A stretch of 64,000 nt of DNA from Alphaproteobacteria bacterium (GCA_028822585.1 JAPKDL010000007.1:4091-68090), one strand, 5' to 3'; shown: positions 18,055 to 28,849, counted from the stretch's first letter. Notes: generated by a model not told the origin, from the letters alone. Numbers and translations: made by a program.

Positions 18055-20721
18055 ATGGAAAAGTCCATTTTCAAATACATTTTGAAGTATAGTGCGGCTC
18101 AGCAAATTTACTTGCTTTGCGTCATTCTTGCCTTCTATCCGTTTTTGTTTATTTCGCTTGATCTGCCAAAGATCATTATTAACCGGGCAATCAAGCCGAA
18201 TGCGGATGGTGACGTGTTTGAAGCGCCCATCTTTGGATATGAAATAGAATTTGATGTCTCGCAACTAACCTTCCTTCTAATTCTAAGCTTTTTCTATTTG
18301 GCGTTGGTCTTCATCACGGGCGGCTTCAAATACTACATCAACGTCTTCAAGGGCCGGATGGGGGAGCGCTTGTTGCGGCGGCTGCGTTATCAGCTTTATA
18401 CGCGGATACTCCGGTTTCCCCTTCCCCATTTCAAAAAAGTCAGTCAGGGCGAGTTGATCCCGATGATCACGGCGGAAGTCGAGCCGCTGGGCGGGTTCAT
18501 TGGCATCGCCTTTGCCGACCCGCTGTTTTTTGGCGGCCAGTTGATGTTGATTCTCGGTTATATCTTTTTGCAGGATTGGAGGCTTGGCCTGGCGGCGGCA
18601 GCGCTGATCCCCGTGCAGGGGTTTATAATTCCCAAACTGCAAAAAAAGGTGAATGCGCTGGGCAAACAGCGTGTCCAGAACGTACGGCGGTTGTCGGATC
18701 ATCTTTCCGAATCGGTGTCGGGCATCGGTGAAATACACGCCCACGATACATCGAATTTGGAACTATCCCGGTTCTCGAGTCGATTGGGCGGCATTTATTT
18801 AATCCGTTATGAAATATATCGGCGAAAATTCTTCGTTAAATTTCTGAATAATTTTATTGATAAGTTGACGCCCTTTTTCTTCTTCTCAATTGGCGGCTTT
18901 CTGGTGATCGAGGGGCATTTGACGGTCGGTGCTTTGGTGGCGGTATTGAATGCGTACAAAGATTTGGCCAGCCCCTGGAAAGAACTTTTGGCCTGGTATC
19001 AGCAAAAAGAAGATGTTCGCATCAAATATGAACAAGTGGTCGAGCAGTTTGAACCTCAAGGCATGTTGGAAGAAAATTTGCAGCATGACGAACCAACCGC
19101 GTCGTCCCCCATCACCGGCGAGCTTTCGGTGAGTAATGTTAGTGTGGCGGACGAAGACGGCGTTCGGTCCATTGACACGGTGTCCTTTACGACGCCGTCT
19201 ACTGCCCATGTGGCTATCGTTGGATCCAGCGGCAGCGGCAAGGACGACTTGGCTCAGGTTGTGGCGCGGTTGTTGGCGCCGACCAGCGGTAGGGTCCTGT
19301 TTGGGGGTCAAGACATCGCCAATATGCCCGAAGCCGTCACCGGTCGCGATATTGCGTATGTTGGCTCAAATGCATATTTGCAGTCGTTTTCCGTTGGCGA
19401 CAATTTGGTCTATGGCCTGAAACACCGGCCCTTGGTCGACCGCAAATATAACGCTGCTGATACTGCGGCAGCGACCCTGGAAAAGGCAGAAGCTGCAGAA
19501 ACGGGTAACTCACCCTATGATTACAATGCTGACTGGGTCGATTACGCGGCGGCGGGCGTGTCTGATGGCGAGGCGTTGATAGGCCGCGTCAACACATTGT
19601 TGGGCATGGTGGAGTTATCGGACGATGTCTATCAATTGGGTTTGCGAGGTACGATTAACCCCAAGAAGCGTGGCGATATTGAGGAACGGATTATGTCTGC
19701 TCGCCATGCGTTGCGCGACCGTTTGTCTGAACCGGAAATCGCACCATTAATCGAACCGTTTGACCAGACGCGCTTTAACACCAATGCGTCTGTGGCGGAA
19801 AATATACTGTTTGGGTTGCCGGTGGGCGACTCATTCGATCTCGAAAAATTGGCGGAACATCCCTATATCCGACAGGTTCTTGATAAAGTTGGCCTGACTG
19901 AAGATTTTTTGGCGATTGGCCAAAACGTGGCGCAGACGATGGTCGAGCTGTTTGCGGATTTACCGCCGGGCCATGAATTTTTCGAGCAATTCAGCTTCAT
20001 TGATGCAGAGGACCTGCCAGATTATCAGACCTTGCTGGGGCGCGCTGCGCGCGGCGCCGACGGCTTGACCGAAGAAGACCGACTGCGGCTCATTTCGTTG
20101 CCGTTTAAATTGAACCCGGCGCGCCATCGACTAGATCTGATAGACGAACGTATGATGGAGCGAATTCTTGAAGCGCGCGAGGCTTTTGCGGCGGACTTAC
20201 CGGAAGCGCTATCTGACAAGGTCGCGTTCTTCGATGTTGACGCCTACAATCCCACGGCGTCGTTACAAGACAATATCCTGTTCGGCAAACTGGCCTATGG
20301 GCAGGCGCAATCCGCTGCGAAAGTGCGCGAGGTGATTGCAGATGTTATCGACAATCTCGACCTTCGGGATACGGTTATTTCGGTTGGGCTGGACTTCCCG
20401 GCGGGCACCGGTGGTGCAAGATTATCTCAGGCGCAGCGGCAAAAACTGGCGATAGCGCGTGCGGTGATCAAAGAGCCAGCGCTACTCATTTTGAACGAAG
20501 CTGCGGTGAGTCTGGACCAATCCGTGCAGGCTGTCATTTTGGATAATATCTTGAACGAACGGCATGGGCGCGGCGTTATCTGGGTCCTGAACCGCATCGA
20601 CGACGCGCAAAAATTTGACGAAATCATTGTAATGAAAGACGGTCGTGTCGTGGAAAATGGATCCTACGACAACCTGTCCGCTCAAGACGGTGAATTCAAA
20701 GCGCTTCTGGGCTCCGTATAA
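18055..20721 (+). CDS. ABC exporter-type protein (TMD plus degenerate NBD with ~300 aa insertion)
   Basis: N-terminal ABC membrane domain; Walker A GSSGSGKD; signature LSQAQRQK; Walker B LLILNEA. Confidence 0.85.
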   Translation: MEKSIFKYILKYSAAQQIYLLCVILAFYPFLFISLDLPKIIINRAIKPNADGDVFEAPIFGYEIEFDVSQLTFLLILSFFYLALVFITGGFKYYINVFKGRMGERLLRRLRYQLYTRILRFPLPHFKKVSQGELIPMITAEVEPLGGFIGIAFADPLFFGGQLMLILGYIFLQDWRLGLAAAALIPVQGFIIPKLQKKVNALGKQRVQNVRRLSDHLSESVSGIGEIHAHDTSNLELSRFSSRLGGIYLIRYEIYRRKFFVKFLNNFIDKLTPFFFFSIGGFLVIEGHLTVGALVAVLNAYKDLASPWKELLAWYQQKEDVRIKYEQVVEQFEPQGMLEENLQHDEPTASSPITGELSVSNVSVADEDGVRSIDTVSFTTPSTAHVAIVGSSGSGKDDLAQVVARLLAPTSGRVLFGGQDIANMPEAVTGRDIAYVGSNAYLQSFSVGDNLVYGLKHRPLVDRKYNAADTAAATLEKAEAAETGNSPYDYNADWVDYAAAGVSDGEALIGRVNTLLGMVELSDDVYQLGLRGTINPKKRGDIEERIMSARHALRDRLSEPEIAPLIEPFDQTRFNTNASVAENILFGLPVGDSFDLEKLAEHPYIRQVLDKVGLTEDFLAIGQNVAQTMVELFADLPPGHEFFEQFSFIDAEDLPDYQTLLGRAARGADGLTEEDRLRLISLPFKLNPARHRLDLIDERMMERILEAREAFAADLPEALSDKVAFFDVDAYNPTASLQDNILFGKLAYGQAQSAAKVREVIADVIDNLDLRDTVISVGLDFPAGTGGARLSQAQRQKLAIARAVIKEPALLILNEAAVSLDQSVQAVILDNILNERHGRGVIWVLNRIDDAQKFDEIIVMKDGRVVENGSYDNLSAQDGEFKALLGSV

Positions 20722-20826
20722 TTTTCGGGAATGCAGATGAATTCACCGCATGTTCACGCATTTTGTGGTAGTTTGAATTAACCAAGAAATTGTTGGCGCT
20801 GCGCCGCCACTCAAGGAGACGCCTGA

Positions 20827-21279
20827 ATGGGATTACTGGATGAGGTGGAATTACTTCGAAAAATTCCGATTTTCTCAAAAATTGAACCCTCGAAGTTAAA
20901 ATTGTTAGCGTTCACAAGCGAGCGCCTAACCTATGCCGAGGGTGACGTGTTGTTCGAGCAAGGGGATGCTGGCGACGCCGCATATATTATCATTGGCGGC
21001 AAGGCCGACGTGGTGGTGGATACGCCAGGCGGTCCTTTGATCGTGGCGACTTTGGATGAAAATGAAATTGTGGGTGAAATAGCCATTTTGTGCGACGTGC
21101 CACGAACTGCGACGGTGAAGGCGAAAACCGAAGTGACGACATTGCGCATCACCAAGGATTTGTTTTTCAGCCTCGTCGTGGAGTTTCCACAAATCGCCGT
21201 AGAAATTATGCGTGAACTGGCGCATCGACTTGAAGTGACGACGGCCCGGCTTCGAGAAGCTGTGGGGAAACCTCAATAA
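20827..21279 (+). CDS. Stand-alone cyclic nucleotide-binding domain protein
   Basis: LFEQGDAGDAAYII..G, phosphate-binding cassette GEIAIL..PRTATV; no HTH; SD AAGGAG. Confidence 0.9.
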   Translation: MGLLDEVELLRKIPIFSKIEPSKLKLLAFTSERLTYAEGDVLFEQGDAGDAAYIIIGGKADVVVDTPGGPLIVATLDENEIVGEIAILCDVPRTATVKAKTEVTTLRITKDLFFSLVVEFPQIAVEIMRELAHRLEVTTARLREAVGKPQ

Positions 21280-21296
21280 AATGAATACATTATAGT

Positions 21297-21788
21297 ATGT
21301 CGCGGCTAGATGCTGTTATTGGGCGCTTGAAATCGCAACGAAGCTGTTTAAATGCGGCGGTCGCTCTTATTGGCGAGGCTCCCGGTCATGTTCTGGAGCT
21401 TGGTTTGGGGAATGGGCGGACTTATGACCATCTACGCCTATTGTTTCCAAATCGAAATATTTATGTGTTTGATCGGGAAGTCGCCTCGCACCCGGACTGC
21501 CGTCCGCCTGCCGACCGGTTATTTTTGGGGTCTATGGAGGATACCTTAGCGGCGGCGACGGCGCGACTGGGCGCAAAGGCGGCGTTGATTCACGCGGATA
21601 TCGGGTTTGGGGATGCGGCGGCTACGGAACGCAATGTTGCGACCCTCGGACCCCTGTTGCCGGGTCTTCTTCGACAGGGTGGAATTATCTTTTGTGACCA
21701 ATCACTCGACGGTGTTTCTGACTTTACCGCTATAACAATGCCAGGCGATGTCGCGGTGGACCGGTATTACGGATATCACAAAAAGTGA
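21297..21788 (+). CDS. Small class I SAM-dependent methyltransferase (Methyltransf_17-like)
   Basis: MSRLD...Q, VLELGLGNGRTYDHLR, VFDR, HADIG. Confidence 0.8.
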   Translation: MSRLDAVIGRLKSQRSCLNAAVALIGEAPGHVLELGLGNGRTYDHLRLLFPNRNIYVFDREVASHPDCRPPADRLFLGSMEDTLAAATARLGAKAALIHADIGFGDAAATERNVATLGPLLPGLLRQGGIIFCDQSLDGVSDFTAITMPGDVAVDRYYGYHKK

Positions 21789-21827
21789 CAGCGCGCGGTT
21801 ACCGTAAAAATAGGTATAAAACCTAGC

Positions 21828-22622
21828 TTATTCGGTGTTAATATCAACGATGACGGGCGCGTGGTCCGATGGTTTTTCCCAGCTTCGTGCGTCACGAAAA
21901 ACGCTTGCGCCGGACAATGCGCTCTCCAAAGGTGGGGTGACCCAGACATGATCCAGCCGACGACCCCGGTCGGCCTTGGTCCAATCTCGGGAGCGATAAC
22001 TCCACCAACTATATAAACGTTCCGTATCCGGAATAAAATGGCGAACCGCATCAATCCACGCGGATTGCGTTTGAAGGGCTGAAAGCTTCTCGACCTCGAT
22101 TGGCGTGTGGGAGACGACTTTTAAAAGCTGTTTATGGGACCAGACATCCATTTCCAGCGGCGCAATATTCAAATCGCCCACCAGCACCATTTTTTGGCCT
22201 GACGACCGGTTTTCGGCAAACCAAGTCGCCATTTCGTCCAGAAATGACAGTTTGTGCGCAAATTTTTCATTCTCACAGGGATCAGGCGCATCCCCGCCAG
22301 CGGGGATATAGAAGTTGTGAAGCTCAACACCGCCGGGTAGTTGGGCGCTTATATGGCGGCAATCGGCTTTATCGCACCATTGTAGGCGGGTCACGTTGTT
22401 TAACGGCAACCGGGACAGGATCGCGACGCCATTGTACCCCTTCATGCCCGTGAAAGCGATGTGGGGGTAGCCCATATCCTTTATCGCGTCGGCCGGGAAT
22501 AAGTCGTCGACCACCTTGGTTTCCTGCAGGCAGATGACATCAGGGGATTGTTCCTGCGCCAGACGCTGCAATAAATCGATACGCAATCGAACTGAATTAA
22601 TATTCCAGGTCACTAACCGCAT
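21828..22622 (-). CDS. xth: Exodeoxyribonuclease III
   Basis: TWNINS, CLQETK, GDLNIAP, WWSYR, RLDH, SDHAP. Confidence 0.95.
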   Translation of the reverse strand: MRLVTWNINSVRLRIDLLQRLAQEQSPDVICLQETKVVDDLFPADAIKDMGYPHIAFTGMKGYNGVAILSRLPLNNVTRLQWCDKADCRHISAQLPGGVELHNFYIPAGGDAPDPCENEKFAHKLSFLDEMATWFAENRSSGQKMVLVGDLNIAPLEMDVWSHKQLLKVVSHTPIEVEKLSALQTQSAWIDAVRHFIPDTERLYSWWSYRSRDWTKADRGRRLDHVWVTPPLESALSGASVFRDARSWEKPSDHAPVIVDINTE

Positions 22623-22646
22623 TGGAATCACCTTCTTCGAGGGAGA

Positions 22647-23336
22647 TCAAACCATTTTAATTTTTAGGGTCTCAAGGCCATCGACATGGCCTTCTAGGAC
22701 ATCGCCTCGTTCAATGGCGGCGACACCATCGGGCGTTCCGGTAAAGATGAGGTCACCGGGTTTCAATTCAATCAACCCTGACAGATAGTTAATGGTTTCT
22801 GGGACACTCCAGATCATAGCGTTTAAATCTGATTCCTGGCGCGGCTTGCCGTTTACGGTTAACGAAATGCGACCCGCTTCGATAATGCCGCACTGGGACA
22901 CCGGCGTAATATTCGTTACGGGCGCGGAATAATCAAATCCTTTGGACATGTCCCAGGGGCGGCCCATGTCCTTCGCCACGCCCTGCATATCGCGCCGAGT
23001 CAGGTCGAGCCCGACACCATACCCGAAAATACAGTCATTGGCTTTATCCAGCGAGATATCCGTGCCGCCCGTCGCCAGGGCGACAACCATTTCAATTTCA
23101 GGGTGCAGGTTCGATGTTTGCACGGGGTAGGGCGTGTCCACGCCGTTTAGAACGATCGCGTCGGCGGGCTTGGTGAAGAAAAACGGTGGTTCGCGGTCTG
23201 GATCATGCCCCATTTCACGCGCATGGGCGGCATAATTGCGGCCCACGCAGTAAATTCGACGGACTGGAAAGGGTTTACCTGCGTCGGTGACGGGAATTGT
23301 GGGTGTGTCCCACGATGGGATGGCGAACTCAGTCAT
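22647..23336 (-). CDS. Fumarylacetoacetate hydrolase family protein
   Basis: YCVGRNYAAH, FFTKP, EIEMV, DLTRRD, GDLIFTGTP. Start at MTEFAIP after SD GGAGG. Confidence 0.9.
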   Translation of the reverse strand: MTEFAIPSWDTPTIPVTDAGKPFPVRRIYCVGRNYAAHAREMGHDPDREPPFFFTKPADAIVLNGVDTPYPVQTSNLHPEIEMVVALATGGTDISLDKANDCIFGYGVGLDLTRRDMQGVAKDMGRPWDMSKGFDYSAPVTNITPVSQCGIIEAGRISLTVNGKPRQESDLNAMIWSVPETINYLSGLIELKPGDLIFTGTPDGVAAIERGDVLEGHVDGLETLKIKMV

Positions 23337-23398
23337 GGAAACCTCCGTGTGTGTTTGCGGCCCCGGAATCGGGGCGGTTCTAGGCGCGAATTTGAGTG

Positions 23399-24196
23399 TT
23401 ACGCGGCGTGGGTTCGTTCTGGCGATACGTGACGGGCGCGTTCCCGGTCGTGGCACGCCGCCCCAAACGCTTTGAACAAGGCGATGGATAACGGTGTTTT
23501 TACGGCCAACGGATGTTCGGGATGCCATTGCACACCCAGTGAAAATGTCTTGGATCCAATGACGCTGACGGCTTCAATAACGCCGTCTTCGCTGACGGCT
23601 TCAACCTTTAACCCCTTGGCGGGTTTATCTATAGCTTGGGCGTGGGCGGAATTAACAATTTCGCGGGCCGCGCCGCCGGTGACGCGATGCAGCACCCCGT
23701 CCGGTGTAATATCTATGGTGTGGCGGGGAACAAATCGTTCTGCCGCTGGCAATCTGCGGTCCATGCGATGGTCGGACTTACCGGGTAGTTCGTGAACCAG
23801 TTGATGCAACGTGCCGCCCAAAGCGACGTTTAGCTCCTGTATACCCCGGCAAACGGCGAAGACAGGGACACTGGCGGCCACTGCCTGCCGGATCAATGGC
23901 AAGGTCGTGTTGTCCCGACTGGCGTCATGCAGTGTGCCGCGCCGGCTGGGGACACCGTCATAATGCTCCGGTTCAACATTAGACGCGCCCCCGGTCAGGA
24001 GGATGCCGTCCAGCCTGTCGATAAGCGTTCTGAAGTCATGACGGTCGCCCATGGCGGGCACAAGCACCGCGGCGCATTCCGACACATCATAGATGGCGTG
24101 AATATATTTATCACTGACCCTGTGTATTTTACGGCCTTCGTCGTTGACCAGACACGCGGGTATGCCAACAAGCGGTAAAGAATCATCAAATATCAT
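23399..24196 (-). CDS. Gamma-glutamyl-gamma-aminobutyrate hydrolase family (PuuD-like, peptidase C26)
   Basis: LLTGGASNV, AVCRGIQE (catalytic Cys), VNSAH.Q, VQWHPE. Confidence 0.9.
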   Translation of the reverse strand: MIFDDSLPLVGIPACLVNDEGRKIHRVSDKYIHAIYDVSECAAVLVPAMGDRHDFRTLIDRLDGILLTGGASNVEPEHYDGVPSRRGTLHDASRDNTTLPLIRQAVAASVPVFAVCRGIQELNVALGGTLHQLVHELPGKSDHRMDRRLPAAERFVPRHTIDITPDGVLHRVTGGAAREIVNSAHAQAIDKPAKGLKVEAVSEDGVIEAVSVIGSKTFSLGVQWHPEHPLAVKTPLSIALFKAFGAACHDRERARHVSPERTHAA

Positions 24197-24262
24197 GGCG
24201 ATATAGGTATCATGGCTCGTCGTTATGGACAAGATGTGCCCCAACAACTGAGGTGATTTTGA

Positions 24263-24907
24263 TTAATTCGCAGTATCCGTTGGTGGTTCTTCAAATTCGA
24301 AAATATCGCCCTTCAACGCCGCGCCAAAGGAGGGGTTGATGAGGGTGGTGTCGGTTTCCCCACCATCGACGCTAAAGGCGCGCCACTTTCGCAAGCTGAG
24401 CGGTTTATCGGAAAAGATAAGCGTGACGTTTCCCGATGGCTCGTCGCCGCGTGCCTGTACACCCAATCGAACCGCCCCGTTACGGCGCTCAAATCGCGTT
24501 ATATCGAAGTTCTTGGCAAAACTAACGTTTTGTTGGGTCAAAAAGAACGCCGGGGTTTTTTCGACCTTAATATAGGTTGTTTGGGCGAGTTCCTTATCAA
24601 TAAAAATAAGCCAATCATCCTTCACCATGATGAGATATGGATCGGGAGGGTCATATTCAAAACGAAGTTTTCCGGGGCGGTGAAGATAAAGTACGCCTTC
24701 GGAAATAGAGCCATCGGGGTTTTTCTGCAAAAACCGGGATCGCAAGGTGGTGATGCCATTGAGGTAGGCTTCGATTCGCGCAATTTGGTCGGGGTCAACC
24801 TGTATGGAATTCGCGCGCGCCGACACGCCGATCACGAGGAGACCAAATAAGAGAACGCAGACCCCAAGCCGATTAACGACGTTAAATCCCTTAGCGTGCC
24901 GTGTCAC
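24263..24907 (-). CDS. lolA: Outer membrane lipoprotein carrier protein LolA (start uncertain)
   Basis: [12 protein letters not shown], signal peptide ending SARA; follows ftsK. Nearest usable start is GTG at 24907, inside the ftsK 3' end. Confidence 0.85.
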   Translation of the reverse strand: MTRHAKGFNVVNRLGVCVLLFGLLVIGVSARANSIQVDPDQIARIEAYLNGITTLRSRFLQKNPDGSISEGVLYLHRPGKLRFEYDPPDPYLIMVKDDWLIFIDKELAQTTYIKVEKTPAFFLTQQNVSFAKNFDITRFERRNGAVRLGVQARGDEPSGNVTLIFSDKPLSLRKWRAFSVDGGETDTTLINPSFGAALKGDIFEFEEPPTDTAN

Positions 24908-27263
24908 TGTGATCGCCGACAAGAATTTCCCGTTTGCCCACATGGTTCGCGGCGCTGACGACGCCTTCCTTTTCCATTTTTTCAATAATCCGCGCCGCCC
25001 TGTTATAACCGATTTGAAGGTGACGTTGAATAAAACTGGTCGATGCTTTGCCTTCTGATGCAATAAGCGCGACGGCGCGGTCATACAGTTCATCGCCGCT
25101 ATCGCCTTCACCGGCAAGCTCAACACTCCCCTCACCATCGTCAATATCATCCGTAATAGCGTCTATATAGGCGGGTTCTCCCTGGGCTTTGAGAAATCGG
25201 ACAACGCCTTCCACCTCATCGTCATGAACAAACGGTCCATGCACTCGCGTAATGCGACCGCCCCCGGCCATGTACAACATATCGCCCTGACCGAGCAATT
25301 GTTCCGCGCCTTGTTCGCCCAGAATGGTGCGACTGTCAATTTTCGATGTCACCTGAAAACTGATGCGGGTCGGGAAATTGGCTTTGATCGTACCGGTGAC
25401 AACGTCGACGGAGGGACGTTGCGTCGCCATGATCAAATGAATTCCAGCGGCCCGTGCCATTTGTGCCAGACGTTGAATTGTGGCTTCGATGTCTTTACCG
25501 GCGACCAGCATTAAATCGGCCATTTCATCGACGACGACGACAATATACGGCAAGGCCGATAGATCGAGCGGCTGTTCTTCGAAGACCGGTTTACCGGTTT
25601 CGGCGTCAAATCCGGTTTGCACCTTGCGAGTCAGAACTTCGCCTTTTCTTCGGGCGTCAGCGACGCGTTTGTTGTAGCCCTCTATATTCCGAACGCCGAG
25701 CTTGGACATGCCGCGATAACGTTCCTCCATTTCCCGCACCGTCCATTTCAGCGCGACAATGGCCTTTTTCGGCTCGGTGACCACAGGCGAAATCAAGTGT
25801 GGGATATCGTCATAAATCGACAATTCCAACATCTTGGGGTCGATCATGATGAATTTACAGTCTTCTGGCGACATTCGGTACAACAATGATAAGATCATGG
25901 CGTTCAAGCCAACAGATTTACCGGACCCGGTTGTACCGGCGATCAACAAATGCGGCATCCGGGCCAGATCGACAATAACCGGTGCCCCACCGATATCTTT
26001 GCCCAAAACTAGGGGAAGCTTGGATTTGGCGTCCTCAAAGGTGCTGGAAGACAGCAGTTCACGCAAATACACCATCTCACGGCGAGCATTCGGCAATTCA
26101 ACGCCAATGACGTTGCGCCCCGGTACGGTGGCGATACGCACGGAAATGGCGCTCATCGACCGCGCGATGTCATCGGCAAGTCCAATGACCCGGCTGGTTT
26201 TTGTCCCCGGCGCTGGTTCCAGTTCGTACAAAGTCACCACCGGGCCGGGCCGCACCTTGGTGATATCGCCGCGAACGCCAAAATCCTCCAGAACGCCTTC
26301 AAGCAACCGGGCGTTCTGTTGCAAGCCTTCCTCGTTGACGACAAGCGTCCGTTTGGTGTTGGCGGGCGTCTCGTCGAGCAATTCCAGGGAAGGCGTCTGA
26401 AACTCACCGTCTGGGGTGGCGAGATCGAGTGTCCGTTGCCGTACGGTCGCTTTGCGTCCGGGACGAACGGATTTTTCCTTGGTTTCCACCAACCCTCGCT
26501 GCACTGCTTTGCGCGCCCCGGCAGTTTTGGCGGCAACGGTTTTGTCGAAGGTCGGTTCGATACGTTCTTCCGCCGTAAACCGGCGTCCGGTGGCGCGGGC
26601 AAACGCGCCGATAATCTTTGGCCAACCGCGCACCTGTTGCGCGGCGCCTTTGCTTGCACCAACCAATTCCGCCGTCCGCGATGCGCCGATGCGCCAGTCG
26701 GCAACGCTGAATCCAAGGACATAGTACAATATCGCCACGGCGGCGGCGGCGGCGCTTGCGCCAAGGATGCGCGTATCCGGGTCAAGGCCCAGCGACGCGA
26801 TGTATTCTAACGCTTGTGAGAATAAAAGCGCACCGGTGAACCCGCCAACCCCCGCCTGATACGGCCATGCGTTGGGCGCATCCACCGCGGCCAACGCCAT
26901 TGCCGCCGCCAGCACCCCAATAGGAAGCAGTGCAATTCGAAGCCAGATATTGACCAGAACATGAGTTTTCCATAGTCGCCACCCCCACCCGGCAGCGATT
27001 GGCACCAGCAAGGCACCCGCCAGGCCCAGGGATTGAAGCGTTAAGTCGCTAATATGGGATCCCGCGACACCCATCACATTCGATATTGCGCCAATCGGCG
27101 CGGCGGTGTTCCAGGATAAATCGGTTGGGTTGTGGCTGATCAACGCAAGCGAAAAAGCTACGGACAAGGCGATGAGCGCCAACCCCGCCGCTTCAATCGA
27201 CCGGGCACGCATGTAAATTAAGGCACCTGCTGGCAACAAGGCGGTTTTCTTGCGAACGGCCAT
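24891..27263 (-). CDS. ftsK: DNA translocase FtsK
   Basis: N-terminal TM domain, [31 protein letters not shown], gamma domain IGYNRAAR. Confidence 0.98.
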   Translation of the reverse strand: MAVRKKTALLPAGALIYMRARSIEAAGLALIALSVAFSLALISHNPTDLSWNTAAPIGAISNVMGVAGSHISDLTLQSLGLAGALLVPIAAGWGWRLWKTHVLVNIWLRIALLPIGVLAAAMALAAVDAPNAWPYQAGVGGFTGALLFSQALEYIASLGLDPDTRILGASAAAAAVAILYYVLGFSVADWRIGASRTAELVGASKGAAQQVRGWPKIIGAFARATGRRFTAEERIEPTFDKTVAAKTAGARKAVQRGLVETKEKSVRPGRKATVRQRTLDLATPDGEFQTPSLELLDETPANTKRTLVVNEEGLQQNARLLEGVLEDFGVRGDITKVRPGPVVTLYELEPAPGTKTSRVIGLADDIARSMSAISVRIATVPGRNVIGVELPNARREMVYLRELLSSSTFEDAKSKLPLVLGKDIGGAPVIVDLARMPHLLIAGTTGSGKSVGLNAMILSLLYRMSPEDCKFIMIDPKMLELSIYDDIPHLISPVVTEPKKAIVALKWTVREMEERYRGMSKLGVRNIEGYNKRVADARRKGEVLTRKVQTGFDAETGKPVFEEQPLDLSALPYIVVVVDEMADLMLVAGKDIEATIQRLAQMARAAGIHLIMATQRPSVDVVTGTIKANFPTRISFQVTSKIDSRTILGEQGAEQLLGQGDMLYMAGGGRITRVHGPFVHDDEVEGVVRFLKAQGEPAYIDAITDDIDDGEGSVELAGEGDSGDELYDRAVALIASEGKASTSFIQRHLQIGYNRAARIIEKMEKEGVVSAANHVGKREILVGDHSDTAR

Positions 27264-27574
27264 TTATCCAGGCCTCCTTTTCTGCGCGCCTTAGAAATTC
27301 CGGGCCGGAAGGCCGCCGGTAATCAGCGCGGTACAAAACAGAAACATCCAGTCTTGATATTAATCACATAGCTTGAAAATGGCAAGAGATCAGCAAAAGG
27401 AAGACCAAATATTCAAACTATTAAAATTGTGTAAACTGAAGCGGACTGAAATAAACCGGAAAATAAATATCTGCAGTAATTGTAATTAATTTAGTTAATT
27501 GTCCTAAAGATTAGGGCCTATCCGTTTTGGTGGCGCCACTAGACAAGCTTCCTTGAAGGGTCGATGTTGACGTC

Positions 27575-28849
27575 ATGAATGATAAAAATGATGTGGACAT
27601 TAGGGCCGATGTCTTGATCGCGGGTGGCGGTATGGCGGGTATGACGATGGCGCTCGCGCTCTCTCACGCTGATGTGCGGGCGGTTGTGGTGGAGCGCCAG
27701 GCGCCCACCGGTATGCCGAAACTGTCGTTTGATGGCCGCACCTCCGCAATTGCGTATGGGTCCGCGCGAATTTTCGATGGCCTCGGCGTATGGTCGGCGA
27801 TGGTGGATGACGCCGAACCGATCCTGGATGTTCGTGTGGCTGATGGTAATTTGACCGAAGGCGTCTCGCCGTTGTTTTTGCATTACGATCATCTCGAATT
27901 ATCCTCTGACTGCCACGATTCGGTGATTACGCCTGACGCGCCGCTCGGCTATATCTTGGAAAACCGGACGATCCGCCGGGCGTTAGCCGATGCGGTAGAA
28001 AATTCGGAAAATATTGAAACCCTGGCCCCGTCAGACCTGGCCTCGGTGGACCGAACTGCGTTTGGAGTGACCGGCGTTTTGGCGGATGGTCGTCGCATTA
28101 AAGCGGCTTTGGCGATTGGCGCGGATGGTCGGAATTCTCCTCTGCGCGTGGCGGCGGGCATTGCCGCGACGGATTTCCGATATCCGCAAACTTCCATCGT
28201 CTGCACTGTGGCCCATGACCGTCCGCATAACGGTGTTGCGGTGGAGTTGTTTTTACCGGGAGGTCCGTTTGCGATGTTGCCCTTGCCTGGGCAACGCACC
28301 AATATCGTTTGGTCGGAAAATTCGGAATTAGTAACAAGCCTTATGGCGCTGGACGACGCCGCGTTTCTGGCGGAAGTTTCCCGTCGTTTTGGGGATTGGT
28401 TGGGCGCGTTGACATTGGCGGGACCGCGATTTTCGTACCCGTTGGGGTTTTTACATGCGGAACGCTACACGGAACTTCGCCTGGCGTTAATAGGCGACGC
28501 GGCGCACGCTATTCACCCAATTGCAGGTCAGGGCTTCAACATGGGATTGCGCGATGTGGCGGCTCTGGCGGAGGTCATCGTCGACGCCCGGCGGCTGGGT
28601 CTTGATATCGGTGATGCGACGGTTTTGGCCCGCTATGAAAGGTGGCGCCGGTTCGATAACACCTTGTTGGCGACGATGTGCGATGGATTGACTCGCCTGT
28701 TTTCGAACGATATACCGCCGCTTCGGTTGGCGCGCGATATCGGTCTCGCCTCGGTCGAAAAAATACCTCCCTTGAAACGGCTTTTCATGCGTCACGCCAT
28801 GGGCGTCGTCGGCACCTTGCCTCGTCTGGTGAAAGGCGAATTGCTTTAA
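27575..28849 (+). CDS. UbiH/UbiF/UbiL-family FAD-dependent ubiquinone biosynthesis hydroxylase
   Basis: GGGMAG, DGRTSA, GADGRNS, GDAAHAIHPIAGQGFNMGLRD. Confidence 0.93.
   Translation: MNDKNDVDIRADVLIAGGGMAGMTMALALSHADVRAVVVERQAPTGMPKLSFDGRTSAIAYGSARIFDGLGVWSAMVDDAEPILDVRVADGNLTEGVSPLFLHYDHLELSSDCHDSVITPDAPLGYILENRTIRRALADAVENSENIETLAPSDLASVDRTAFGVTGVLADGRRIKAALAIGADGRNSPLRVAAGIAATDFRYPQTSIVCTVAHDRPHNGVAVELFLPGGPFAMLPLPGQRTNIVWSENSELVTSLMALDDAAFLAEVSRRFGDWLGALTLAGPRFSYPLGFLHAERYTELRLALIGDAAHAIHPIAGQGFNMGLRDVAALAEVIVDARRLGLDIGDATVLARYERWRRFDNTLLATMCDGLTRLFSNDIPPLRLARDIGLASVEKIPPLKRLFMRHAMGVVGTLPRLVKGELL

Noticed and set aside
27300-27540. AT-rich ftsK/ubiH intergenic region with several TTAA half-sites (possible CtrA box)
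   Set aside because: No exact TTAA-N7-TTAA found; spacings are wrong or half-sites mismatched.
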